A stretch of DNA of 64,000 nucleotides from a virus (taxonomy: Duplodnaviria > Heunggongvirae > Uroviricota > Caudoviricetes). The stretch lies in the IMG/VR virus record IMGVR_UViG_3300046096_000179, positions 63,124 to 127,123 of that record; one strand, 5' to 3'. The notes beneath the pieces are model-generated. The model had not been told where the DNA came from and did not search any database. It was given only the letters and a program-made list of their open reading frames with translations. Each line of letters starts with the position of its first letter. Within the stretch, counting starts at the first letter, position 1. The position numbers were made by a program, and so were the translations under genes. Below, one piece after another: positions 9,756 to 19,249 of the stretch.

Positions 9756-9814
9756 TACAGTTGATTTTCTGTGATACAATAGAACCATCAACTCCAAACC
9801 AAGGAAACTACATC
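9756..9814 (+). promoter_or_regulatory. promoter-leader cassette
   Basis: ctacagttgattttctgtgatacaatagaaccatcaactccaaaccaaggaaactacatcATG. Confidence 0.6.
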
Positions 9815-10369
9815 ATGAAACACCGTGGAAACGCCGCAATACTTGAAACTGTTGATGAAGTAAACGAAGTATTTTGGGGACCTACGAACTGGGATTCTCG
9901 TCGGGGCGGTTTGAAGTGCGGTTACTATGCTGCTTATCATTGCCTTTCTTTACCCGATCATATTGCAGTAAATTTCGGAGTTGATTTTGCGACTAAGGCC
10001 CTTTCAGATTATTGGAATGCCTTGGATGGAGTCGAAGTTGGGTTCGCTCCGTTTGATTTTTATGACGGAGATGAATATACAAGGTACGAGAAAAAGACAC
10101 GCCACCAAGATGACCTCTATCTAAAAGCAGCTAAACACATCGCCAGTAAGGGAGTTGATTCGTTTGACATTCAGATTTCAAACGGGGAAAGTTATCGCGG
10201 TGTTAAATTCACGAACAGAGCTACTGGCAAGTCTTTCACGTTCAAAGATACGGTAGATTATTGTCTAACTACCGACGCAATCAATTTGTTTCGAGAGAAG
10301 GAATCGGCCACCATATCCCGCGAACTGAGTGATGATCTGTTGGACTTCACAACTGAAGAAGAGAGTTGA
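9815..10369 (+). CDS. hypothetical protein
   Basis: True start after the cassette; track ORF 9761 reads the cassette as CDTIEPSTPNQGNYIM. Confidence 0.6.
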   Translation: MKHRGNAAILETVDEVNEVFWGPTNWDSRRGGLKCGYYAAYHCLSLPDHIAVNFGVDFATKALSDYWNALDGVEVGFAPFDFYDGDEYTRYEKKTRHQDDLYLKAAKHIASKGVDSFDIQISNGESYRGVKFTNRATGKSFTFKDTVDYCLTTDAINLFREKESATISRELSDDLLDFTTEEES

Positions 10370-10494
10370 AATGAGCAAGATTAAACACACTTGGAACGCC
10401 TGCAAACCACCAGTTGCTGACGTGTACACAACTCGCCGAGGTTCCAGCGAGTTTTAGGGAGAAACTAGGTTTTTCATGGATTCTGGAATGAATA

Positions 10495-10551
10495 CAGATG
10501 ATGATTTGTGTTACAATCAATCCATCGAAACAAACCAAGGAAAAATACATC
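10495..10551 (+). promoter_or_regulatory. promoter-leader cassette (variant tgtgttacaat)
   Basis: tgtgttacaatcaatccatcgaaacaaaccaaggaaaaatacatcATG. Confidence 0.55.
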
Positions 10552-10962
10552 ATGAAACAAGTTTTTCAAGCTGACGACGGTAAAGTCTTTGAGACTCAAG
10601 CTGAGTGCGAGAAATATGAGTCTAAATCTGAGTTGTTCGACTTTGTTGACAGCAACATCGAGGCATCCTACAATGATGATGCCGGATACCATATCATCGA
10701 GACACAAAACGTAGTTGACTTCATTGAAGCACACTACGAGAAGATCGGTGAACTTCTTGGTAAAGTTAAGGTTGAAGATGATTGTTGGATCATTAACACA
10801 AAAACAACGGATGGTCGTCCAAGTACATTGAAAGTCGACGATTGTATTGAAGTTGAGTATGCCAATGGTGAACGAGTTCGATGCCTCGCTATAGCGTGGA
10901 CTGCTTTGTGGAACACCAAGAATCACATGCGACACATCGCCAAATACCGCAAGGTGAACTGA
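10552..10962 (+). CDS. HIVKYRK-family protein
   Basis: WIINTKTTDGRPSTL...MRHIAKYRKVN. Confidence 0.6.
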   Translation: MKQVFQADDGKVFETQAECEKYESKSELFDFVDSNIEASYNDDAGYHIIETQNVVDFIEAHYEKIGELLGKVKVEDDCWIINTKTTDGRPSTLKVDDCIEVEYANGERVRCLAIAWTALWNTKNHMRHIAKYRKVN

Positions 10963-10963
10963 A

Positions 10964-11206
10964 ATGAACAAGTTTAAAGAATTCGTTGCTTGGCTGATCG
11001 AAACAACAGACAACCACCAAGCTGATACTCTTACAAGAATCCTCTGCATCATACTTGTTTTGGCTACTGGTATGCTTGTGGCAGCGGTCTCACTTGCGTT
11101 ATTGATCAGGTTGATCGGGGTGTACCCAGTCATCATTCCAGTTCTGCTGTTCGTGGTTCTCCCAAGCTATCTTTGGGTCAAATTCTACAAAGGTGAATCA
11201 AAATGA
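10964..11206 (+). CDS. small membrane protein (2 TM)
   Basis: Hydrophobic segments ILCIILVLATGMLVAAVSLALLI and VIIPVLLFVVL. Confidence 0.55.
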   Translation: MNKFKEFVAWLIETTDNHQADTLTRILCIILVLATGMLVAAVSLALLIRLIGVYPVIIPVLLFVVLPSYLWVKFYKGESK

Positions 11207-11553
11207 ATTCAGTCGTCGTTAGTGTGATGTTGCTGATTGTCTGCGTTTCCGTCTTGATCGGAATGCTTGCTCATGTGGAAGACGCCCTATCAGATTCGGT
11301 CGAGATTCTGCTATCCATTGGTGTAGACATGGCATGCGTCTGGTGGTTGTGTGCAGTCATCTTTGACTGGGAACGATTGCTCCCATTGTTCTTTGTCAGT
11401 TCCCTCAGCATCTTCCTTGGCGGATTCTACCTGATCGGTCGGTTCTTCTTTGAGCGCAGTCTGTCTTTGGTACAAATTTTCAGAACCATTGCAGCCACAA
11501 CCATTGCAATTGCCGGGACAATCGGCTTGCTTGCAACAACTTACATCCAATGA
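11203..11553 (+). CDS. membrane protein (multi-TM)
   Basis: ATGA-coupled; several hydrophobic helices. Confidence 0.55.
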   Translation: MNSVVVSVMLLIVCVSVLIGMLAHVEDALSDSVEILLSIGVDMACVWWLCAVIFDWERLLPLFFVSSLSIFLGGFYLIGRFFFERSLSLVQIFRTIAATTIAIAGTIGLLATTYIQ

Positions 11554-11966
11554 AACAACAACTCATCATCGTCCGTGGCATCCCCGGTTCAGGTAAATCC
11601 ACATTCGCTGCTTCTTTGGGGATTCCACACTATGAAGCTGACCAATACTTTGTTGGTGAAGATGGCGTCTATCGGTTTGACTTCTCTAAACTCGGAGAAG
11701 CCCATCGCCAATGTCTTAGTTCGGTTGGTAAGGCGTTGTATTCCGGTAAGTCCGTTGTCGTCAGCAACACATTCACGACACTGAAAGAACTTCGACCATA
11801 TTTTGATGGAGCCAAAGAGTATGGGATTTGCCCCACGGTGGTTACTATGAACGGTAACTTTGGGTCAATTCATGGAGTTCCCGAGGATAAGATGCAGGCA
11901 ATGCGTGACAGATTTTGCCATGACATTGCGCCACTTTTCAAGGAATTTTTCGGAGTCGGGAAATGA
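11550..11966 (+). CDS. P-loop kinase (AAA_33-like ATP-binding protein)
   Basis: Walker A GIPGSGKST at the N-terminus; 138 aa. Confidence 0.6.
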   Translation: MKQQLIIVRGIPGSGKSTFAASLGIPHYEADQYFVGEDGVYRFDFSKLGEAHRQCLSSVGKALYSGKSVVVSNTFTTLKELRPYFDGAKEYGICPTVVTMNGNFGSIHGVPEDKMQAMRDRFCHDIAPLFKEFFGVGK

Positions 11967-12298
11967 AACCCGATGGATTTTTCCTATGCAATGGGATATA
12001 CTACAATTTTGTAGCATTTGCCGTTGCATCTTTTGATGCAATATCGCCAGATACATGGCGATTCATGAATGTTCACTACAGCGAACATTTCTTGGATGAT
12101 TGCTCTATGAATCATGACATATATTCGTTCTTTGATGACAAATACTGTGGATGGTTACTCAAGAGTGGGGTTGATATTGACAACCCGCATACGAATATGC
12201 GTTTGAAAATGTTGTCAAGTGATGATAAAATTACATTCATCCAAGTGTCATCCTTGGGTGAAGTTTTGTTTGAACGGAAAATGAATGAAGACTTATAA
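11963..12298 (+). CDS. hypothetical protein
   Basis: ATGA-coupled 111-aa ORF. Confidence 0.45.
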   Translation: MKPDGFFLCNGIYYNFVAFAVASFDAISPDTWRFMNVHYSEHFLDDCSMNHDIYSFFDDKYCGWLLKSGVDIDNPHTNMRLKMLSSDDKITFIQVSSLGEVLFERKMNEDL

Positions 12299-12388
12299 AG
12301 AATTTTTGAATGAGATGGCTCAGAATATCGGGACTCATCATTCTCTCAACTAACCAGAAACCCCGAAACTCAAGCATCGGAATATGTT

Positions 12389-12886
12389 TTGAGTAGAGAT
12401 TATCCAAAGATTGCTGATATTGAGTCAGGGGTATCGATACATGCCACAACAGAAGGTAACCGGACTAAAATCTATACCAATGACCACAGACATCAGAAAA
12501 CTTTACATCAAGCCACTGTTGTATCTCACCAACCAACTGCTGATTTCCCGCATGCTCACTTGGAGCAGAAATCTGTCGATACCGTAAAGGGTGCTAATCC
12601 AAGGAATCATGCAACCCAGACAATTTACAACTTTTGGAAAGCGCAGAGTCTCCCGCTTCGATCATCAAACATGCAGTTTCGCTTGGGCCACGAAATGTGG
12701 GGTCGGCTGGTTGATATGGCTTTGAATGATGGTAAGTTGGTTTATCGACATGATGGTAAGGAACTGCATAAAGTCACTCAGCAAAATTGCAAGTATCATG
12801 TTGAGTCTTCTTTTGGAACGTCACCCGATAAACGAAAAGACCATCTAATACTGTCGCATGCGCCGCTTGATGGAGTTGGAAAATGA
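12389..12886 (+). CDS. hypothetical protein (start uncertain; track start is TTG)
   Basis: His/Gln-rich; no convincing ATG plus RBS. Confidence 0.35.
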   Translation: MSRDYPKIADIESGVSIHATTEGNRTKIYTNDHRHQKTLHQATVVSHQPTADFPHAHLEQKSVDTVKGANPRNHATQTIYNFWKAQSLPLRSSNMQFRLGHEMWGRLVDMALNDGKLVYRHDGKELHKVTQQNCKYHVESSFGTSPDKRKDHLILSHAPLDGVGK

Positions 12887-13104
12887 CCCACATTACAATT
12901 TACTTTATCGTTTCGTTTGTTGCTCTGGCGTCATCCATCTTTGCTTCTTGGTACGAAGGCGATGACCTGACGATTGGTTTGTTGATCATGTCTGTCTTCC
13001 TTTCGTTGCTGCCTTTTGTCAACATCATTGTCATTATTGCAAGTGTGTTTCAGATGTTGGGTTCCGTTCACGGCACCGTTGTGTTGAAAGGAAAGAAGCG
13101 ATGA
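12883..13104 (+). CDS. small membrane protein
   Basis: Two hydrophobic helices. Confidence 0.45.
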   Translation: MTHITIYFIVSFVALASSIFASWYEGDDLTIGLLIMSVFLSLLPFVNIIVIIASVFQMLGSVHGTVVLKGKKR

Positions 13105-13391
13105 CCTACGATGAACTGATACACAAGATGGCATCTGAAATGCTCGAACGCAAGGCTCATGAGAAACGAATCAACTATGACTTGATTAATGCAGCTAAGT
13201 TCTTGGAGCAATGTCGTGCTATCAGCAAACCATACTATTGGTCTGACGGTCAATTCAGCGGAGGGGTTTCAACAGAGCGTTATGCACATCCAATAGTCCC
13301 AGATCGAAAGATTGCATTTGAGTTTTCAGATGATGAATTGATTATGTGCTATACTTGGATTCCCTATAAGGATTTTCCTTATCCCATCTGA
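13101..13391 (+). CDS. hypothetical protein
   Basis: ATGA-coupled. Confidence 0.45.
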   Translation: MTYDELIHKMASEMLERKAHEKRINYDLINAAKFLEQCRAISKPYYWSDGQFSGGVSTERYAHPIVPDRKIAFEFSDDELIMCYTWIPYKDFPYPI

Positions 13392-13428
13392 TGGGTAAAT
13401 AATCTGACAACAAAAGAAGGAGTTTCTT

Positions 13429-14409
13429 ATGTCAAACAACAAGTTAGGTGTTTTAATCGGAAGGTTCCAGCCTTTCCACGATGGTCACCTCTATGCAGCG
13501 AAGGTTGCTGCAAGTCAGGTAGATCGACTTCTGATTCTCGTTGGTTCAGCTAACGCATGTCGTTCAATCAAGAACCCATGGACATATCAAGAACGAGTCG
13601 ATAACATTCGCAAAATTCTTCGTCAAAATGACGTAAACAACGTCAGCTTCCAACCAATCAACGATCATCCATACAACGATCATCGTTGGATTACTGAAGT
13701 CATCGCAAGCATTGGTTATGTTGACTGCAAAGACGTTATTCTCTTCTCACCTTGGAAAGAAGGTAATGACTACCTGAAGTGGTTCCCCATGATGAAGAAC
13801 AGAAGCATTCCACAAGGCGCAATGGGGATGAATGCAACTGGAATCCGCGAGGCGATGTTTCGCGCCAATGATCCATCAATCCCCAAAACCGTTCAGGCTG
13901 ACTGGGATTACTATCAGAAGGAGGCTGAAAAGTTTTCTTCCTATCCATACCCCGAAACATTGAACTTCAACTGTGCAGATGCAGTTGTCGTATGTCTTGG
14001 TCATGTTCTGTTGATTGAACGCAAGCATGCTCCCGGTATGGGGTCGTGGGCACTGCCCGGTGGATTTAAGAATCGCGCTGAAACATTCCAGCAATGTGCC
14101 ATTCGTGAACTCCGAGAAGAAACAAATCTTCGTGTTCCAGAGAAGGTTCTGTTGGGTTCCATCACTGCTTCAAAAATGTTCGATAGTCCAAATCGCTCAT
14201 TTGGTATCAATCGCAATACAATGGCATTCTGTTTTGAATTAAAGCCAGATTCCGATGGTTCTTTACCACGAGCAAATGGTTCAGATGATGCAAATCAAGC
14301 GAAATGGTTTCTTCTCAGTGAAGTCATGAATGGTCTTATTTTATGGGAAGATCATAAAGCTATCATATCAGAATTAACGGGAATTCATCCAGATTTTGCT
14401 GCACGTTAA
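13429..14409 (+). CDS. natV: bifunctional NMN adenylyltransferase / ADP-ribose (Nudix) pyrophosphatase, NadM-Nudix
   Basis: N-terminal GRFQPFHDGH nucleotidyltransferase motif; C-terminal Nudix box GGFKNRAETFQQCAIRELREETNL; RBS aaggag. Confidence 0.85.
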   Translation: MSNNKLGVLIGRFQPFHDGHLYAAKVAASQVDRLLILVGSANACRSIKNPWTYQERVDNIRKILRQNDVNNVSFQPINDHPYNDHRWITEVIASIGYVDCKDVILFSPWKEGNDYLKWFPMMKNRSIPQGAMGMNATGIREAMFRANDPSIPKTVQADWDYYQKEAEKFSSYPYPETLNFNCADAVVVCLGHVLLIERKHAPGMGSWALPGGFKNRAETFQQCAIRELREETNLRVPEKVLLGSITASKMFDSPNRSFGINRNTMAFCFELKPDSDGSLPRANGSDDANQAKWFLLSEVMNGLILWEDHKAIISELTGIHPDFAAR

Positions 14410-14419
14410 CCCGATTGCA

Positions 14420-14463
14420 CGGCGGTTCCGTGCTACAATGTCATAACGAAGGAGTTTCAAAAC
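14420..14463 (+). promoter_or_regulatory. promoter-leader cassette variant (ccgtgctacaat)
   Basis: ccgtgctacaatgtcataacgaaggagtttcaaaacATG. Confidence 0.5.
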
Positions 14464-15786
14464 ATGACTATTAACCCAAAATCAATCGTATTCAATTGTG
14501 ACTCATATAAGGTTTCTATGTGGAAGCAGTATCCGCCCGGAACCGAGTATGTGTATTCCTATGTCGAGGCGCGTAAGGGCGGCCCCGTTCTGAATTTCGG
14601 TCTTCAGAAGACGATCATTGATCTGATCGACCAGAAGGTCACTACAGAAGATGTTCTTGCGGCAGAGAAGTTTTGGACCGCACATGGAGAACCGTTCAAC
14701 ACCGATGGCTGGCTCTATATCGCCAACGAACTTGGTGGTGTGCTGCCTCTGGAAATCCGTGGAATTGATGAGGGCATCGTTCTTCCATCCGGAACGCCTG
14801 TTGTCACCATCGTGAATACCGACCCAAAATGCTTCTGGCTCACCACATGGGTCGAAACTGCCATTCTGCGGGATGTGTGGTATGCATCTTCAGTTGCCAC
14901 CACATCATATAACATCCGACAAATGATCATGCAGTATCTGGACTACTCCGGCGACCCATCTGGAATTGATTTCAAATTGCATGACTTTGGATTTCGTGGG
15001 TCCAATTCATATGAATCATCGGAGATCGGCGGTGCGGCACACTTGATCAGCTTCATGGGGACCGATACCGTATCTGGTATCTTTGGTGCCGCAAAATATT
15101 ATGGTGCCGATATATATGCCACTGCATACTCTGTACCCGCTGCAGAACACAGCACAATTACGTCATGGGGGCGAGATAAAGAGTGTTTGGCATACGAAAA
15201 CATGATCAATCAGTTCTCCAAACCCGGCGCAATCTATGCCGTGGTTTCTGATTCATATGATATTTACAATGCCGTGGATAATTTGTGGGGTAAAGAACTT
15301 CGAGACCAGATTATCTCCACTGGCGGCACTCTGGTCATCAGGCCTGATTCGGCAGACCCCGTTGTTGTGCTCCCAAAATTGATCGCCTCGCTCGAAAAAT
15401 CATTCGGAGTGACCGTCAACGATAAGGGATACAAAGTGTTGAACAATGTTCGTCTGCTTTGGGGAGATGGCATCAATTTCATGTCCATTTCTTCTATCCT
15501 GCGCATGATCGTTGATGTGCTGGGATATTCTGCAGACAATATTGCTTTCGGTATGGGCGGTGCTCTCCATATGGGGGTTAACCGGGACACATATGGATTT
15601 GCCATGAAGGCATCTGCCGCCTATGTAAATGGGGAATGGGTTGACGTTTTCAAAGAACCTATCACCGATCCCGGAAAAAAGTCTAAGCGTGGTCGTTTTG
15701 ATGACCCTCGACTTAAACTGAGGTATCGCGATGGTGCTTTAGACAATTTGCAAAAATTCGATGAAGTTCGGGCAAATGCAAAATAA
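14464..15786 (+). CDS. nadV: nicotinamide phosphoribosyltransferase
   Basis: 440 aa; NAMPT-family signature (FNCDSYKVSMWKQYPPGTEYVYSY, DFGFRGSNSYESSEIGGAAHL). Confidence 0.9.
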   Translation: MTINPKSIVFNCDSYKVSMWKQYPPGTEYVYSYVEARKGGPVLNFGLQKTIIDLIDQKVTTEDVLAAEKFWTAHGEPFNTDGWLYIANELGGVLPLEIRGIDEGIVLPSGTPVVTIVNTDPKCFWLTTWVETAILRDVWYASSVATTSYNIRQMIMQYLDYSGDPSGIDFKLHDFGFRGSNSYESSEIGGAAHLISFMGTDTVSGIFGAAKYYGADIYATAYSVPAAEHSTITSWGRDKECLAYENMINQFSKPGAIYAVVSDSYDIYNAVDNLWGKELRDQIISTGGTLVIRPDSADPVVVLPKLIASLEKSFGVTVNDKGYKVLNNVRLLWGDGINFMSISSILRMIVDVLGYSADNIAFGMGGALHMGVNRDTYGFAMKASAAYVNGEWVDVFKEPITDPGKKSKRGRFDDPRLKLRYRDGALDNLQKFDEVRANAK

Positions 15787-15789
15787 TTG

Positions 15790-15844
15790 ACTGCAGTTCC
15801 TTGTTTGTGATACAATAGAACCACAAACAAGGAACCTATACAGC
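15790..15844 (+). promoter_or_regulatory. promoter-leader cassette
   Basis: ttgtttgtgatacaatagaaccacaaacaaggaacctatacagcATG. Confidence 0.55.
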
Positions 15845-16108
15845 ATGAAAATCGAATCCAAAATCCAGACCCTTGGCGGCTTCGATGCCAATTGGACAGA
15901 CGAGCAGATCAAGAACGAACCGATGCTGTTCAATTGCAGTCTTGATGGTGCGCTTGCGCTTGGTGGCGACATCACGAAAGAATTTATCAAGTCTCTCTAC
16001 AAAACAGAAGCTGGTAAGAAAATCTTTGATGGCGATGTTGTGATTGATTCTCGCAGTCACATGCTGATGTCCGGTTGGTATTATTCAAATTCCGCAGCGC
16101 TTCCTTGA
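15845..16108 (+). CDS. hypothetical protein
   Basis: 87 aa. Confidence 0.5.
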   Translation: MKIESKIQTLGGFDANWTDEQIKNEPMLFNCSLDGALALGGDITKEFIKSLYKTEAGKKIFDGDVVIDSRSHMLMSGWYYSNSAALP

Positions 16109-16902
16109 ATCAATTCCATTTTCTTTCTGGCTTTTGTTTCTTTCATTTTCCTAGTGGTTTCTGCGGCCCAAACAGGGTCTTTCCATCGGTCTTTATTGGA
16201 TTGTATCATAGTTGCTCTGTATACTGGGTCTTTCCATCTCTCAACATTGCCATCTCGAATTGCCGTCAATATTGTTTCTTTTGATTCTTCGTCTGTCCAT
16301 TGTTTGAGCGCGTTATTAGACTTTTTCTTTTTTGATTCTGGAGTGTTTGCTGCCTGTCGAATGATTGACAACCATCTTTCTTGATATTCTTCGTCTTCAT
16401 GATATTTTTTTGTCAATGTTTCACATTGCTCTCTAGCCTGTTTTAACAAACCTTCTCTGGATTCTGGGTCTTGCCATGCCATCTTTCTGGATTCTGACAT
16501 TTTCTGTCTTGTCTCATCGGATGGTGATGCAGATATTCGTGTGGTTGGGTCTCCCGCACGAAAATTTGTTAGTGGACCGTCAACTATGCCATCAATTGCG
16601 TGTCTTGTCCCTAGTGTACGGATTAGCTGGTCCTCTATGATCAGAGCTTCTTCATGCGTCACATTTTCTATTACTTTAACGATTGCAGGTAAGACTCCTT
16701 TATTCAACAGTTTTCGTATCTTATTTGTTTTCATGCTTTCATCTTGTGTGTCCGACATGGCTACTTTAAGATGATGCATATGTCGATATCGACAACCTTT
16801 ACCAATATAAAACGGTGTCATTTGGTGTGATTTTCCGAGGATACCATGCTCTTTGACATCTGTTGGATCGAAATACACATAAACGAAAAACTTATTTGAC
16901 AT
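16081..16902 (-). CDS. GIY-YIG homing endonuclease (Seg-like) with NUMOD3-like C-terminal repeats
   Basis: VYVYFDP...PFYIGKGCRYR (GIY-YIG); repeats SESRKMAWQDPESRE / WKDPVYRA / WKDPVWAA; on the opposite strand within a plus-strand gene run. Confidence 0.8.
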   Translation of the reverse strand: MSNKFFVYVYFDPTDVKEHGILGKSHQMTPFYIGKGCRYRHMHHLKVAMSDTQDESMKTNKIRKLLNKGVLPAIVKVIENVTHEEALIIEDQLIRTLGTRHAIDGIVDGPLTNFRAGDPTTRISASPSDETRQKMSESRKMAWQDPESREGLLKQAREQCETLTKKYHEDEEYQERWLSIIRQAANTPESKKKKSNNALKQWTDEESKETILTAIRDGNVERWKDPVYRATMIQSNKDRWKDPVWAAETTRKMKETKARKKMELIQGSAAEFE

Positions 16903-16918
16903 CTCATCTCCTTTAATA

Positions 16919-17359
16919 ATGTTTGCTTATATTTACCCGTTTCCCGGTTATCATCACGATTCCGTGCCTCGCTCTGGGTTCAATGGACAACCGAACTACA
17001 TCAATCCAGAATGTCGCCCCAAGCATGTCATGGGCATGGTCAATGCTCACATCTGCCCAACACAGTTTGCATTGGGGGATATTGATCTGGAGGTTCCAAC
17101 TGAGGGAGTCATTTACAAGCAATGGCATCCTGAAGTCAAGATGGCAGTTGATTATGGTTGGATGGATTCCTATTCAGCAGAGTCGGGTAAACTGATTCAC
17201 TTTGATGATCGGACATTCCATCAGGGAACTACTGCTGTTGCTTCTGGATGGAGGTGGTTCATTCGTCTGAGTTACGATGATGACCGAACCAAGAAAGTCA
17301 CCAATGAAGTCCGCCATCAAGTTCAGGTTTATCTTGAGCATCCTATGGAGGGATGGTGA
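16919..17359 (+). CDS. hypothetical protein
   Basis: 146-aa ORF; a tentative HxD..H oxygenase motif was rejected because the spacing is wrong. Confidence 0.4.
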   Translation: MFAYIYPFPGYHHDSVPRSGFNGQPNYINPECRPKHVMGMVNAHICPTQFALGDIDLEVPTEGVIYKQWHPEVKMAVDYGWMDSYSAESGKLIHFDDRTFHQGTTAVASGWRWFIRLSYDDDRTKKVTNEVRHQVQVYLEHPMEGW

Positions 17360-17403
17360 ATTTCTGTGATATAATAGAACCATCCACAAACAACCCCTAC
17401 ATC
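17355..17403 (+). promoter_or_regulatory. promoter-leader cassette (TGTGATATAAT variant)
   Basis: gaatttctgtgatataatagaaccatccacaaacaacccctacatcATG. Confidence 0.55.
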
Positions 17404-17766
17404 ATGACAGAAACATTCTTTGAAAATTCTCACGTCAAGTTTGAAGTCTTGCATCCATACAAAACCGTTGAGTTGACGATGACGATGCAGGACTATTATG
17501 TGCACTATTGCAGAATCTGGGATTACCAACTCCAGCAATTCACTGATTTTGTCAATGGTAGCTCTGACAAGTTTGAGTTCTATGAATGCATTTATGATGC
17601 CACCAACCGTTACATTGATGTAATGTTCACGAGACAGAATGGAAATCTCATGATTGATGTCAAGCAAACAGAAGATTATGCGGAAGATGAATTTTGGACG
17701 TTCGTGGTAGAATCTGAACACGTTCCTGCAATCTTCGACAAAATCCAATCGGCATTGAAAGTTTAA
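17404..17766 (+). CDS. hypothetical protein
   Basis: True start after the cassette. Confidence 0.55.
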   Translation: MTETFFENSHVKFEVLHPYKTVELTMTMQDYYVHYCRIWDYQLQQFTDFVNGSSDKFEFYECIYDATNRYIDVMFTRQNGNLMIDVKQTEDYAEDEFWTFVVESEHVPAIFDKIQSALKV

Positions 17767-17768
17767 CC

Positions 17769-18137
17769 ATGATGACAACCATCGCAAATATTATTCTGGT
17801 CTCCTCTGTCATCTTTTGTCTTTATCTCATTTTGGGATTTGACCTTGCTAGATCAACAGCAATCCCACCAAAATGGAGAATCTGGTTGAATCCAATCAGA
17901 AATTCCAAGACCGACCCTGAATGGGATCGAAAGCTAAATCAATTGTTGAATGAAAACGCACCGATTGAAATCATGGATCAATACCAAGCAATGATTGGCA
18001 ATCAACAAATCTGGATTGAGAACTTCCCCTACGCAACATTCAGTGGACCCGGGCGATGGGTTAGTTCAATTCCATCAAGGAAAACTACCGTTCGCCTGAC
18101 TGAGCGATTGATGCAACATGGATGGACACCAAAATGA
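17769..18137 (+). CDS. hypothetical membrane-anchored protein
   Basis: N-terminal TM IILVSSVIFCLYLILGF. Confidence 0.5.
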   Translation: MMTTIANIILVSSVIFCLYLILGFDLARSTAIPPKWRIWLNPIRNSKTDPEWDRKLNQLLNENAPIEIMDQYQAMIGNQQIWIENFPYATFSGPGRWVSSIPSRKTTVRLTERLMQHGWTPK

Positions 18138-18670
18138 ATACCTACATCATTTCAGATCTACATTTTTCACACTCTAACGCCCTCAAGTTCACACGGGAAG
18201 ACGGTTCTCCATTACGCCCATTTGCTTCCGTAGATGAAATGGATGAGACCATCATTGCTAACTGGAACTCGGTTGTTGGTCATAACGACAAGGTTCTGGT
18301 ATTGGGTGACTTGGTGATCAACAAGAAGTATCTGCCAACCGTTGCTCGATTGAATGGAATCAAGTCTCTAGTCATGGGCAACCATGACGAGGAACCCCCA
18401 TCAGTGTATGAGCAGTGGTTCCGCAAGGTGAAAGCCTACCAGACATTTGATGGATGCATCCTGAGTCATGTCCCGGTTCACCCAAATCAGTTTGGTCGGT
18501 TCAAGTACAATTTGCATGGTCACTTACATGATCGTTATGTCAAACTTCCAAACGGCGAACGAGACTATCGTTACTTCAATGTCAGTGTTGACTGTGATGA
18601 TATGAACTGGTTCCCAAAGCCGTGGGATGAAATCAAAAATTCGTTGAAAGATCGAAATGAACAAGAGTAA
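18134..18670 (+). CDS. calcineurin-like metallophosphoesterase
   Basis: ISDLHF, GDLV, GNHD, GHLH motifs; ATGA-coupled. Confidence 0.7.
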   Translation: MNTYIISDLHFSHSNALKFTREDGSPLRPFASVDEMDETIIANWNSVVGHNDKVLVLGDLVINKKYLPTVARLNGIKSLVMGNHDEEPPSVYEQWFRKVKAYQTFDGCILSHVPVHPNQFGRFKYNLHGHLHDRYVKLPNGERDYRYFNVSVDCDDMNWFPKPWDEIKNSLKDRNEQE

Positions 18671-18959
18671 TGCTGAAATTCTTAACATCAGCCAAGAAGA
18701 ATGTGCTGAGGTTATTGTGGCGATCTCCAAGATTCGCAGGTTTGGTCTGGATAGTGTTGATCCCAGAACAGACACCGGACAGACGAATCAAGATCATCTG
18801 GAGGAAGAAGTTGGAGACCTGATGGCAATGATTCGCCTGATGGAATTATCTGGTCTGATTCGGTTCGATAGGGTCGATACCGCAATGGAAGCCAAACTCA
18901 ACAAACTGAAGCTCTGGTCATCCATTGACAGGGAATTGCTGGATTATGCGAATAGCTGA
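18657..18959 (+). CDS. MazG-like nucleotide pyrophosphohydrolase (tentative)
   Basis: Small all-alpha protein with EExxEV...EEEVGDL acidic motifs. Confidence 0.4.
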   Translation: MNKSNAEILNISQEECAEVIVAISKIRRFGLDSVDPRTDTGQTNQDHLEEEVGDLMAMIRLMELSGLIRFDRVDTAMEAKLNKLKLWSSIDRELLDYANS

Positions 18960-19098
18960 CCTGCCAAAGATAACTAAACCACGGCGAGTGTTCAGTCGAA
19001 CAATATGGTATCCCGATATGCCATTCATCCAGACTTCTTTCATAATTGCTTGGCAAATCTCAGAGGTTCTTTCTGAAATCAACGATGGTTTTGAATGA
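18946..19098 (+). CDS. DLP-leader family small protein (MRIADLPKI...)
   Basis: Leader atgcgaatagctgacctgccaaagata; MazG-like stop TGA sits inside the leader. Confidence 0.45.
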   Translation: MRIADLPKITKPRRVFSRTIWYPDMPFIQTSFIIAWQISEVLSEINDGFE

Positions 19099-19249
19099 CT
19101 TACCGCGCATAAAGACTCCACACAAAAGAGTCTGGGGCGACATACTTTTTCTAACCAAAGGGTTTAGGTCTGAGTGGTACCAAGAAACAGGTGGTATGGT
19201 TTTGGATGTTGCTGAGGTGCTTGCTGAAATTTGCTATGATGTTGTCTGA
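19085..19249 (+). CDS. DLP-leader family small protein (MVLNDLPRI...)
   Basis: Leader variant. Confidence 0.45.
   Translation: MVLNDLPRIKTPHKRVWGDILFLTKGFRSEWYQETGGMVLDVAEVLAEICYDVV

Noticed and set aside
10474-11136. 220-aa minus-strand ORF
   Set aside because: It is antisense to two plus-strand genes that have cassette promoters, an RBS and family conservation (HIVKYRK).
16919-17359. Possible 2OG-Fe(II) oxygenase (HFDDRTFH)
   Set aside because: The two His are only 5 residues apart, which does not fit the HxD...(50-70)...H facial triad.
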